DNA from: a virus
IMG/VR virus record: IMGVR_UViG_3300033417_000008
Coordinates: 1-60,616 of that record
Direction: 5' to 3' (one strand)
DNA length: 60,616 bases
Shown here: positions 49,003 to 57,360 of the stretch, piece after piece
Numbering within the stretch: position 1 is the stretch's first letter
Layout: the number at the start of each line of letters is the position of its first letter
Notes under the pieces: model-generated
The model's input: the letters and a program-made list of their open reading frames with translations, nothing else
Told to the model about the DNA's origin: nothing
Databases searched by the model: none
Position numbers and translations under genes: made by a program

Positions 49003-49358
49003 TGTCATTGCCGGGAGAGATCCGTGAGGCGCGCGAAAGACTGCGGGCGCAGAGAATTGCCAAGAAGTCGCGTCGGTACGGCACATGGATTGAGCGGCTC
49101 TTCTGCTGGCTCAGAGGAGGGCACCATGCGGGAACATCCTTCGAAGGGCAATCTGTCCGTGTGTTCAAGGACGACGAGGGTGGCGAGTTGTGGTACTACG
49201 GTCGCTGTCCTCGGTGCGGTATGTACGTAGTCGGTGATTACGTGACGGACAAATGGTTCGACTTCAGGAGTCCTCCCACTTTTGACGGGGAAGGTTATCG
49301 GTTTCCTCCGCCGCCGCCGCGCCCGAATATCGAGGTAGGCACTCATGTCAAGGACTGA
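48999..49358 (+). CDS. hypothetical protein with CxxC
   Basis: 119 aa; 'YYGRCPRCGMY'. Confidence 0.5.
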   Translation: MMSLPGEIREARERLRAQRIAKKSRRYGTWIERLFCWLRGGHHAGTSFEGQSVRVFKDDEGGELWYYGRCPRCGMYVVGDYVTDKWFDFRSPPTFDGEGYRFPPPPPRPNIEVGTHVKD

Positions 49359-49551
49359 TGGCGTCGAGCGGCGGGTGACCTGTCCGCGATGCGGCCGTTA
49401 CCTCGGCACGATCTCGATGGGTGGCGTGGGCCGCGTGCGGCTAGTCTTCCCTCCGTGCCCATGCGGCTATGAGTTGGTCTTGGAGCTAAGGCGACCAGAC
49501 AAAACGCAGCCACGTGCGGAGAGCATGATTGTGGCGGCTGTGTTAACATAG
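49345..49551 (+). CDS. small zinc-ribbon protein
   Basis: 'VTCPRCGRYLG...FPPCPCG'. Confidence 0.45.
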   Translation: MSRTDGVERRVTCPRCGRYLGTISMGGVGRVRLVFPPCPCGYELVLELRRPDKTQPRAESMIVAAVLT

Positions 49552-49586
49552 CGTCGTAACTGGCGTATCCTGCACAATCAGAACAG

Positions 49587-49632
49587 AGCCTCTCCCCCGG
49601 ATAGGGCTAGACCGGGTGGGGAGGCTGTTTTT
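49587..49632 (+). terminator. GC-rich stem-loop plus T-tract (twin of 995..1041); 3' arm contains the GGAGG of the protease gene
   Basis: 'AGCCTCTCCCCCGG-atagggctaga-CCGGGTGGGGAGGCT' + 'gttttt', then ATG 49633. Confidence 0.6.
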
Positions 49633-50523
49633 ATGGAGCGCAAGGCCCTCCACATCGAGCTCAAGGACGACCGGCCGGGCGACCTGACGGCTGAGTTCTC
49701 GCGGCTCAACGTGATTGACCTCGACGGGGATGTCACCCTGCCTGGCGCATTCGAGGACGGGGCTGCCGTTCGGCTGCTGCCGGCCCACAACTGGGCGCAC
49801 TACATGATCGGCCGCGGCGTGATTCGCGCCGACCGCAAGGCCGCCAGGTTTGAGGGTCACCTGAACCTCAACACGACGGCGGGGCGCGACTGGTACGAGT
49901 CGATCAAAGATGGGCAGGACCTTCAGGAGTTCTCGTACGGATTCGACGTCCTCGATTCCACCCCCGGGGAGTTCGAGGGCCGCGAGGTTCGGTTCCTCAA
50001 AAGGCTGAAAGTCCACGAGGTGAGCCCCGTCACGCTTGGGGCCGGCATCGGAACCCACGTGGTTTCGATCAAGTCGCGCCCGGATGGGTTCGATGAGTTG
50101 CTCGCCTACTTTGCCGCGAACCCGGATGAAGCGCTCAAGCTGCTGGCCGGCAAGCAGGCGCCTGACGATCCGGACGCCGACCCGTCAGCAGATGACGATG
50201 ACGACACAGGTGAGAGATTTGCGGACCAGGCCGAGCACGTGCTTGCTGACGTGCAGGCGTTGACGGAACGCGCGGCTGCCGTTGCCGCTTTGCGTGCCAA
50301 AGCTGGCAGGACATTCAGCGCGGCCAACATCACCCGTCTCACCGGGATCGCCGATGAGGTGCAGGGTGCAGCGTCGAGACTGCGCGATCTGCTCGATTCG
50401 ACCGCCACCCCGCCCGAGACGTCGGAGCTCGACACCATTCTCGGACGCTACGTAGGGGCGCGTGACGCCCTCTACCGTGACATGTGGCACGCGAATCTGC
50501 ACCTGCGCGCAAGCGAGCAATAA
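49633..50523 (+). CDS. prohead protease (HK97/S78-type), possibly with C-terminal scaffold-like region
   Basis: 'AEFSRLNVIDLDGDVTLPGAFEDG..VRLLPAHNW'; position between portal and capsid genes. Confidence 0.8.
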   Translation: MERKALHIELKDDRPGDLTAEFSRLNVIDLDGDVTLPGAFEDGAAVRLLPAHNWAHYMIGRGVIRADRKAARFEGHLNLNTTAGRDWYESIKDGQDLQEFSYGFDVLDSTPGEFEGREVRFLKRLKVHEVSPVTLGAGIGTHVVSIKSRPDGFDELLAYFAANPDEALKLLAGKQAPDDPDADPSADDDDDTGERFADQAEHVLADVQALTERAAAVAALRAKAGRTFSAANITRLTGIADEVQGAASRLRDLLDSTATPPETSELDTILGRYVGARDALYRDMWHANLHLRASEQ

Positions 50524-50540
50524 CAGGAGGTTCGGTCAAG

Positions 50541-51794
50541 ATGTCCACACTGGTTGAGGTTCGAGAAGAGATCATCGCCCGTCGTAAGGAGATGGGCGAC
50601 GTTGCGGGGCAGATGGGCCCTGAGCGCGACATGAGTAAGGTCACACTGCTGGGGCCCGGGGACACCGAGGCCAAGCTGGCCGAGATGAGGCGCCGCGATG
50701 CGCTCATCCAGGAGCTGGAGCGCGAGGAAGAGCAGCTCTCTCACGCCGCGCGGCTCATGGACGACAACGCGAAGGCGCTTGCTCGCTACACGAGCCCTGC
50801 GGATCCGATGGTTCACAGCGGCGGCGTAGACGGCCACGGTGAGCCTCGCCCATGGCGCGCGAGCGATCTTCGGAAGGCACTGGAGACCAACCGAGGCTAC
50901 AAGGCCTTCCGTGACGGCACGCAGAGGTCATTCACCATCGATCTGCCGAACGTCGACTTCAAGACGATCATTCTGGTCTCGGGCATGACGCCCCAGGCTC
51001 AGCGGCTCGACGTGCAGACGATGGGCATCGAGAACCGCACCATTGCTGACCTGATGCTCCAGGGAAATACGGATCGACCGACCATCGACTATTTCGAAGA
51101 GACGACGCTGACCAACGCAGCGGACACGGTGGCTGAGAACGCGCAGAAGCCCGAATCGGCGCTGGCGTGGACTCTGCGTACTGAGACTGTGCGGAAGGTC
51201 GCGACCTGGATCCCTGCCTCGAAAGAGGCCATGGACGACATCCCGATGTTGGAGAGCCAGATCAGAGGGCGGCTTGCCTACATGGTGACTCGCTCCGAGG
51301 AGGCTCAGGTGATCGCGGGTGATGGCGTGGCGCCGAACATCCTCGGGCTGCTGGCGCGCGGTACTCAGACCCAGGCCAAGGGTGCCGACCCGACCCCGGA
51401 CGCCGTCTACAAGGCGATGCAGAAGGTTCGGGGCGCCGCGGGCACAGGCTTCAGCGAGCCGACCGCCGTGGTGTTCCATCCGAACGACTGGACCGACGTG
51501 AAGCTGCTCCGCACGGTCGACGGGGTCTACATTTGGGGCAACCCGAGCGATGAGGGTCCAGACCGAATCTGGGGCCTGCCTGTGCGTCAGACAACTGCGA
51601 TGACCGAGGGGACTGCGCTCACCGGCGCCTTCCGCCCCGAGGCCGAGGTTTTCCGTCGCGAGGGGATCACGATCACCGTGGCAACCGAGGACGGGAGCGA
51701 CTTCCTGTTCAATCGCGTCAAGATCATGGCTGAGAGTCGCCTTGCCCTGGCAGTCTATCGGCCACTCGCGTTTTGCACCGTGACAGGTATCTGA
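50541..51794 (+). CDS. major capsid protein (HK97 fold family)
   Basis: ATG after AGGAGG; coiled-coil N-terminal delta-like region; 'WIPASKEAMDDIPMLESQIRGRLAYMVTRSEEAQVIAGDG..ILGL'. Confidence 0.9.
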   Translation: MSTLVEVREEIIARRKEMGDVAGQMGPERDMSKVTLLGPGDTEAKLAEMRRRDALIQELEREEEQLSHAARLMDDNAKALARYTSPADPMVHSGGVDGHGEPRPWRASDLRKALETNRGYKAFRDGTQRSFTIDLPNVDFKTIILVSGMTPQAQRLDVQTMGIENRTIADLMLQGNTDRPTIDYFEETTLTNAADTVAENAQKPESALAWTLRTETVRKVATWIPASKEAMDDIPMLESQIRGRLAYMVTRSEEAQVIAGDGVAPNILGLLARGTQTQAKGADPTPDAVYKAMQKVRGAAGTGFSEPTAVVFHPNDWTDVKLLRTVDGVYIWGNPSDEGPDRIWGLPVRQTTAMTEGTALTGAFRPEAEVFRREGITITVATEDGSDFLFNRVKIMAESRLALAVYRPLAFCTVTGI

Positions 51795-52033
51795 CGTATC
51801 ACCAGGATGTAGCGACCGATCTGCTTTTCGACCACGAGCCGATGCTCCGAAGTGACGAGGTGGTGCATCACGTGAATCACATCAAGGACGATAACCGCGC
51901 TGAGAATCTGGAGATCATGGGTGTAATCGACCATGCGGCGCTCAGCGCTCGTGACTATCGAGACGACGTATCAGCGCGCCTGGCTGAGCTTGAAGCGTAC
52001 CGGCTGAGGTTCGGTCCGCTGGAAAAGGAGTAG
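51773..52033 (+). CDS. mini HNH endonuclease
   Basis: 'VVHHVNHIKDDNRAENLEIMGVIDH'; TTG 51773 overlaps the capsid gene end, ATG 51842 is an alternative start. Confidence 0.6.
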   Translation: MHRDRYLTYHQDVATDLLFDHEPMLRSDEVVHHVNHIKDDNRAENLEIMGVIDHAALSARDYRDDVSARLAELEAYRLRFGPLEKE

Positions 52034-52036
52034 CCC

Positions 52037-52918
52037 ATGGGCATCATCTACGGACCAAACACCATCGAGGGCGGGATTGGGCCATACGTTGGCGCGACCG
52101 AGCCCATCGAGGGGACTGACGAGACACAGACGCTGACTATCGGCGGCACCCCGACCGGCGGGGACTTCAAGCTGGCGTTCCAGGGGTTCGTGACACCCGC
52201 TATCGATTGGGACAGCACCACGAGCACGTTCCTGGCCAACATCAATACCGGGCTCCAGGGGCTGGCCGCTGTCCAGTTGCTGTCGTTCATCAACATCACG
52301 TCGGGGACATTCCGGCTCCGCTACCGTGGCCAGACGACCGCGGTCATCACGTGGAGCTCGGTGAACACCACGCTGCGGGACCGAATCGATACCGCCCTTG
52401 AAGCGCTGCCGAACATCGGGGTATCGGGGGTTGCCTGCGCTGTTGTGACCAGCGGCACTGCACCGGCGCTCGTGACGATCTCTGTGACGTTTGCGGCATT
52501 CGAGCCGCAGCCACTCATTGAGATCACGGACGTGCGGGTGGTGCGCGACGATGACACGATCACTGATCCGACCATCTCTGCCGCGACCACGACGGCAGGC
52601 ATTCAGATGCCGTCGATTGGCAAGCTCGGGGTGGTTGCGACCGACGTTGACCTGGTCGCAGGGATCGGGGGGGCGCTGCTGACCTTCAGCGGGGCGAACC
52701 TCGCAGCCAAGGCGCAGCCGCTGATCACTGTGGCCGAGAATGCGCTCACGGGGACCGACCCCACGGTTGCAATCGCCGAGACAACTCCGGGGGTGACCGC
52801 GGCATTCCGCGGAGCGCTTCCGGGTGCTGAGGCGGTCGATATCGTGGCGGCCATCCGCTACGTCAACGAGGGTACGGCGCAGGCGCCGACCTGGGAATCC
52901 GTAGCGGCGGGCGCATAA
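52037..52918 (+). CDS. repeat-domain virion protein, paralogue 1 (capsid decoration candidate)
   Basis: ~50-aa modules 'LTIGGTPTGGDFKLAFQGFVTPAIDWDSTTSTFLANINTGLQGL'; C-terminus 'YVNEGTAQAPTWE'. Confidence 0.5.
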   Translation: MGIIYGPNTIEGGIGPYVGATEPIEGTDETQTLTIGGTPTGGDFKLAFQGFVTPAIDWDSTTSTFLANINTGLQGLAAVQLLSFINITSGTFRLRYRGQTTAVITWSSVNTTLRDRIDTALEALPNIGVSGVACAVVTSGTAPALVTISVTFAAFEPQPLIEITDVRVVRDDDTITDPTISAATTTAGIQMPSIGKLGVVATDVDLVAGIGGALLTFSGANLAAKAQPLITVAENALTGTDPTVAIAETTPGVTAAFRGALPGAEAVDIVAAIRYVNEGTAQAPTWESVAAGA

Positions 52919-52921
52919 CCG

Positions 52922-53701
52922 ATGCCGATCAGTTTCCCGCTCCTATCGAAAGCAGGCGCTCCGACCGACGGGGTCAACGAGGCTCAGCTGCTCACCAAGA
53001 CGGGCACCATTTCCGGCGGCTCGTTCACGGTGACGTTCGGCGCTGCGACGACCCCCGCAGTGGACTGGGACGCGACGGCGGCCGAGCTTCAGGCGATCCT
53101 CGAGGCGCTGACAACGGTAGGAGCGGGAAACATCACCGTAACGGACGCCAACGAGCTTCAGGCACTCACCCCGGGCGGGACTGTGTCCGGCGGCTCGTTC
53201 ACGTTGACGTTCGACTCCGAAGAGACCGCCGCGCTCGACTTCGACTCGACGGCGGCTGAGATTCAGACGGCGCTCGAAGGCCTGACCACGGTTGGCGCTG
53301 GCAATGTGCTCTGCACAGGGGGGCCGGTCCATAGCGACCCTGTCATCGTGGAGTTCGTCGGAGACCTGGCGGGCCTTGATCAGCCCGAGATCGTGGTCGA
53401 CGATGCGCTGCTGACGGGCGCCGGTGCGGAGATCGTGGCTTCTACCACGCAGCACGGCGGTAGCTTCACGTTGACGTTCGCGGGCGATCTGGCGGGGCTC
53501 AACCAGGGCGAGGTCACCGTCGATGATGCGCTGCTGACGGGCGCTGGGGCGACGATCACGCCATCTACGGTGACGGCTGGCGTTCGTGGGTCCTATCGAG
53601 GGGCTCACGTCGGAGCGCTGCTCCAGGACACAACAAACTCGATTCTGTACCTCAACGAGGGCACCGAGAACACGCCCGACTGGAACGACTACTCCGCATA
53701 A
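52922..53701 (+). CDS. repeat-domain virion protein, paralogue 2
   Basis: 'GTISGGSFTVTFGAATTPAVDWDATAAELQAILEALTTVGAGNITV' repeated; C-terminus 'YLNEGTENTPDWN'. Confidence 0.5.
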   Translation: MPISFPLLSKAGAPTDGVNEAQLLTKTGTISGGSFTVTFGAATTPAVDWDATAAELQAILEALTTVGAGNITVTDANELQALTPGGTVSGGSFTLTFDSEETAALDFDSTAAEIQTALEGLTTVGAGNVLCTGGPVHSDPVIVEFVGDLAGLDQPEIVVDDALLTGAGAEIVASTTQHGGSFTLTFAGDLAGLNQGEVTVDDALLTGAGATITPSTVTAGVRGSYRGAHVGALLQDTTNSILYLNEGTENTPDWNDYSA

Positions 53702-53715
53702 GGGAGCGACGACCA

Positions 53716-54102
53716 ATGGCATCTCCGGGCATGTGGCGATCACCGACGCGGCTCTATCTCGACAGCACGCGGCAGCGTGTGGTTGCCGAGGACGACCCGA
53801 GGGTCGGCTATGTGCTGTGTGCCGCTGGGGGCGAGATCCCCGTCGATGTGGCGGTCCGCTACGGCCTGGTCGAGGTTGAGCCTGAGCGGGTCGTTATCCG
53901 AGAGCGGATTGGCCACACGTTGGCCGAGCTGATGGGAGCAACACGGGTCGCTGTTGTGGAGGCGTCGGCATCGGTGGTTGAATCGGTAGAGAGTGTCTTC
54001 ACAGCTGAGCCCGATGAGCCCGAGGATGAAGATGATGAAATCAAGTCTAAGGCAACTCCCAAACCAGCCGACAAGGCCCGTGGCAAGGCTGAAGACAAGT
54101 GA
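53716..54102 (+). CDS. hypothetical protein with acidic/Lys-rich tail
   Basis: 128 aa ORF-track ORF. Confidence 0.5.
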   Translation: MASPGMWRSPTRLYLDSTRQRVVAEDDPRVGYVLCAAGGEIPVDVAVRYGLVEVEPERVVIRERIGHTLAELMGATRVAVVEASASVVESVESVFTAEPDEPEDEDDEIKSKATPKPADKARGKAEDK

Positions 54103-54887
54103 GTACCGCGCTCTCGCTCCGTCGTGCCCAGCAGATCAGGCGGCTTCGCACGTCATACACGCGACGCATGGCTGGGGTGCTGCCAGGATTCTTCCGCGCA
54201 CAGGCCGCGCGGGTGGTCGATCGATGGAACGACCTGATGCGGAAGGCGCTTAGCGCTGAGTTGCTGCCCGATGACGAGGACCGACTCATCCAATCGTTGC
54301 TGCTGCGGATGGAGCGCGACTTGCTGATCGACGTAGGCAGCCTCGCGGCTGCAATGGCGGGTGCCGCTCCGTTCGACATGGTTGATCCACATCTCGAAGC
54401 GCTCATTCGCCAGGGCGGGCGCCGCATCGTTTCTGTCAATGAGGTAACCAGGCGGAACGTCCAAGCGACGATCCTGGAGGGCTACGAGCGGGGCTTGAGC
54501 GACTTCCAGATCGCGAACGGTGCGCCGGCCGACCCGGACCGTGGGCTCGGCGAGTTCCGGGGCCTGCGCGACGTGGTCGAGGAAACATACAAGGGTCGAG
54601 CGGACACTATCGCAAGGACCGAGGTCGCCACGGCGAGCAACCAGGCCAGCGCCGACCGATATGAGGCTGGTGGCTTCCAGTTCGTTGAGGTCATGGACGG
54701 GCCAGAATGCGGATGGACCAGCCACAGCGACCCGGATACAGCAGACGGTTCCATCCGCACCATTGCTGTCTTCAATGCGCACCCGCTTGCTCACCCAAAT
54801 TGCCGGAGAGTGGGTGCGCCATGGCGTGAAGAGTTCGGACCGGCACCTGCTATCGGGCGAATGCCCGTACCAGCAATCGCTCGATAA
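54099..54887 (+). CDS. MuF/SPP1 gp7-like head morphogenesis protein
   Basis: 'RADTIARTEVATASNQA' and 'NAHPLAHPNCRR' (MuF C-terminal pattern). Confidence 0.7.
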   Translation: MSTALSLRRAQQIRRLRTSYTRRMAGVLPGFFRAQAARVVDRWNDLMRKALSAELLPDDEDRLIQSLLLRMERDLLIDVGSLAAAMAGAAPFDMVDPHLEALIRQGGRRIVSVNEVTRRNVQATILEGYERGLSDFQIANGAPADPDRGLGEFRGLRDVVEETYKGRADTIARTEVATASNQASADRYEAGGFQFVEVMDGPECGWTSHSDPDTADGSIRTIAVFNAHPLAHPNCRRVGAPWREEFGPAPAIGRMPVPAIAR

Positions 54888-54903
54888 GAAGAGGGAGGAC
54901 CAC

Positions 54904-55545
54904 GTGACTGTTAGCGACTTCGCCGAACTGGCCATCCTGGACGCGATCTTCAATTCCGTCGCATTCGACGTTGCCGCGCTGTGGTGCTCGCTCCACGACG
55001 GCGACCCCGCAGAGACAGGGACAAACGAGGTCACTGGCGGCTCATATGCTCGGGTGGACGTGACCACGTTCTTCGATGCGGCAGCCAGCGGTTCGGTGGT
55101 TTCCAATGCCAACATCGAGTTCACTGACATGCCGGCGGTCGAGGTCGTCGCGGTTGGATTCTGGGACGCATCGACCGTGGGCAACCACCTCTGGAATGGC
55201 TGGCTGACGGGCACGCCCGCTGTGCGCGGGGTGTTCAGTGCTGAGGCCGACGACGATATTCTGACTGCCAAGGGGCACGGACTCGCCGATACGGACCAGG
55301 TGGTTTTCAGCGCCGAGGGGCTCGGGGTGACGCTGCCGACCGGCCTCGTGGCGGGCACGGTCTACCACGTGATCGCGACAGGCCTGACAACCGATGCCTT
55401 CGAGGTCTCGGCGACCCCGGCCGGCGCGGCCGTCAACATCACCGTTGACGGCAACGGCTCATTCACGAAGATCGTGCCCAAGACGACCAACTCGGGGGAC
55501 ACTCTCCGGATCGCCTCGACTGCCTTGACAGTGTCTCTGTTCTGA
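54904..55545 (+). CDS. hypothetical virion-module protein
   Basis: GTG start; 'FAELAILDAIFNS..LWCSLHDGDPAETGTNEVTGGSYARV'; ORF track start 54520 overlaps the MuF gene. Confidence 0.5.
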   Translation: MTVSDFAELAILDAIFNSVAFDVAALWCSLHDGDPAETGTNEVTGGSYARVDVTTFFDAAASGSVVSNANIEFTDMPAVEVVAVGFWDASTVGNHLWNGWLTGTPAVRGVFSAEADDDILTAKGHGLADTDQVVFSAEGLGVTLPTGLVAGTVYHVIATGLTTDAFEVSATPAGAAVNITVDGNGSFTKIVPKTTNSGDTLRIASTALTVSLF

Positions 55546-55748
55546 TGCAGTGCGGAGTCCTCCTTCGGGGCTCATGTGACGACACAGGCCCGCTCGGGAT
55601 ACCGGCGGGCCTGTGTTTCAGTCCGGCAGTTGCTGAGGTCAAACGGACCGATGGCACGTGGCTGCCGATCTGTGCGCTTCACGCCCGTGCATTCAAGCGC
55701 ATCGGGGCCGAGGTTCGGCGGCCGAGGATGATGCTGGTGAAACGCTGA
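55545..55748 (+). CDS. hypothetical small protein
   Basis: 67 aa; TGATG junction. Confidence 0.4.
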   Translation: MQCGVLLRGSCDDTGPLGIPAGLCFSPAVAEVKRTDGTWLPICALHARAFKRIGAEVRRPRMMLVKR

Positions 55749-55951
55749 TGGCCCCTAGTTGTCTCTGTCAGCCCTGCCCGTGCTGTCGGTGCTGCGCGGG
55801 CGAGCGCTGGGGCAAGTTCACGCGGGAAGAGGTTGCGCGCGGCCAGGCGCGAGAGTGCTCCTGTCCAGAGGCCCGGCGCCTGGCGTGGGAGCAGGGGCGG
55901 CAGTTCGACCTGATGCAGGAGTACATCGCCCGAATGCGCTGGGTGAGCTGA
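55748..55951 (+). CDS. Cys-rich small protein
   Basis: 'MAPSCLCQPCPCCRCCAGERW'. Confidence 0.4.
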   Translation: MAPSCLCQPCPCCRCCAGERWGKFTREEVARGQARECSCPEARRLAWEQGRQFDLMQEYIARMRWVS

Positions 55952-56103
55952 TGGAGCTAAGAGACGAGGTCAAGCGCTGCGGGTACTGTACAAAGCTGAC
56001 CCGTCCGCGGTGCCAGGTGTGCTGCGGCCTCGGTTGGGTCAGATGGGCAGATCCGCGCCTGCGAATGGTTGCGGATTGGCGACACCGGATGGGGATTATC
56101 TGA
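55951..56103 (+). CDS. Cys-rich 50-aa protein
   Basis: 'RCGYCTKLTRPRCQVCCGLGW'. Confidence 0.4.
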   Translation: MELRDEVKRCGYCTKLTRPRCQVCCGLGWVRWADPRLRMVADWRHRMGII

Positions 56104-56795
56104 TGCCCTGGAAGCTGGCGCAGTGGAAGCCATGCGACGGCGGGTGCTCGGTGCGCTCGCCGCGCTTCCCTCGTCCTGATCGGCTGGGCACGGTGCCTGG
56201 GCGTAACCCGCGTTACATGGCAGGCGACGTCATGCAAATGCAGGAGCCTGGGGGTACATCTCCTGATGGTATAGCCTGGGTTGGCGGCAATCGTGCGCTA
56301 AAAGAGCTGTGGGAGCTGTACGAGAGTGTAGAACGCAATGCTCAACGGATTAGAGCACGAGATGTACAGGCTCTACCATCTATCACTGAGATACTGGCCA
56401 GAACGGTCGACGTCGGGCCTGCATGGGCCGAGCGAGGGCCATTGCAGTGGCATCTCGATACTGACTTCGGCTGGCCAGTGCGCGGGCCTCACATTCAGGC
56501 CATGCTAGGTAGGTTGGCAGCACTGGGCTTGTGGGACCCCGACTTCTACTCGACGGGCATGGACTATGACACGGTGTTTCCTGACGAGTGGGTGGTGCTA
56601 CCTGGTGAGCCACCGCGCGAGTTGCCCGAGGGCACGCTGCTGGCAGTCGAGGGGCATGTCGCTGTAGGTATGCCGTTCGTCAGGCAGGGGTTTGGCCAGT
56701 TCGGCGGCCAGACGTTCCACGTCGAGCATTGGATGACCGAAGCTGAGCGTGCGGTACAGGAGCCCGCCTGTTGCCACATGTGGGTGCCTATATAG
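56103..56795 (+). CDS. hypothetical protein
   Basis: 230 aa from the TGATG-coupled ATG. Confidence 0.5.
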   Translation: MPWKLAQWKPCDGGCSVRSPRFPRPDRLGTVPGRNPRYMAGDVMQMQEPGGTSPDGIAWVGGNRALKELWELYESVERNAQRIRARDVQALPSITEILARTVDVGPAWAERGPLQWHLDTDFGWPVRGPHIQAMLGRLAALGLWDPDFYSTGMDYDTVFPDEWVVLPGEPPRELPEGTLLAVEGHVAVGMPFVRQGFGQFGGQTFHVEHWMTEAERAVQEPACCHMWVPI

Positions 56796-57350
56796 ATGGC
56801 TACTGCTTATCTTCTTCCAGATGCAGATGTGGACCACACCTGGGCATCTGCTGGTTCTGGCGATACTGGTACTGGCTGGGATAATGTCAACGATCCTGTT
56901 GGATCTCCCGATGACGATGTAACCTATATTACGATAGCAGGCAAGTCTGGCGTTGTTTCGGATCAATGCTCGATGCAGGACGTTCCTGTCGACTTCTCTT
57001 CGGCGTTAACAGGACTTATTCATAGCAGAGTGTCGATAAGTGGTCGAGTTGACGATAGCATCAATTACTCAGCGAGGGCGACTTACACAGGAGGACAGCT
57101 CGCCAATTTCTTTACGCTTACTGACAATACGAGTGGGTATGAAGATAAGGTCTCTGCTTCTCCGTTGGATATTTCGGCCAGAACGGACACAGAGATAAAT
57201 GGTGGGGTGCAGTGGAACCAATGGGCCGACACCGTTTCTGGCATGGACGACGGTGCGCTGTGCAAGGTAACGCAAATTTACTTCGAGTTGAACTACACGC
57301 CGACCGGTGCTGGTGGTAACCCATGGAATGCATACGCGCAGCAGATGTGA
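56796..57350 (+). CDS. hypothetical protein in a lower-GC island
   Basis: 184 aa; visibly AT-richer codon usage than its flanks. Confidence 0.5.
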   Translation: MATAYLLPDADVDHTWASAGSGDTGTGWDNVNDPVGSPDDDVTYITIAGKSGVVSDQCSMQDVPVDFSSALTGLIHSRVSISGRVDDSINYSARATYTGGQLANFFTLTDNTSGYEDKVSASPLDISARTDTEINGGVQWNQWADTVSGMDDGALCKVTQIYFELNYTPTGAGGNPWNAYAQQM

Positions 57351-57360
57351 GGTAAGGTAA

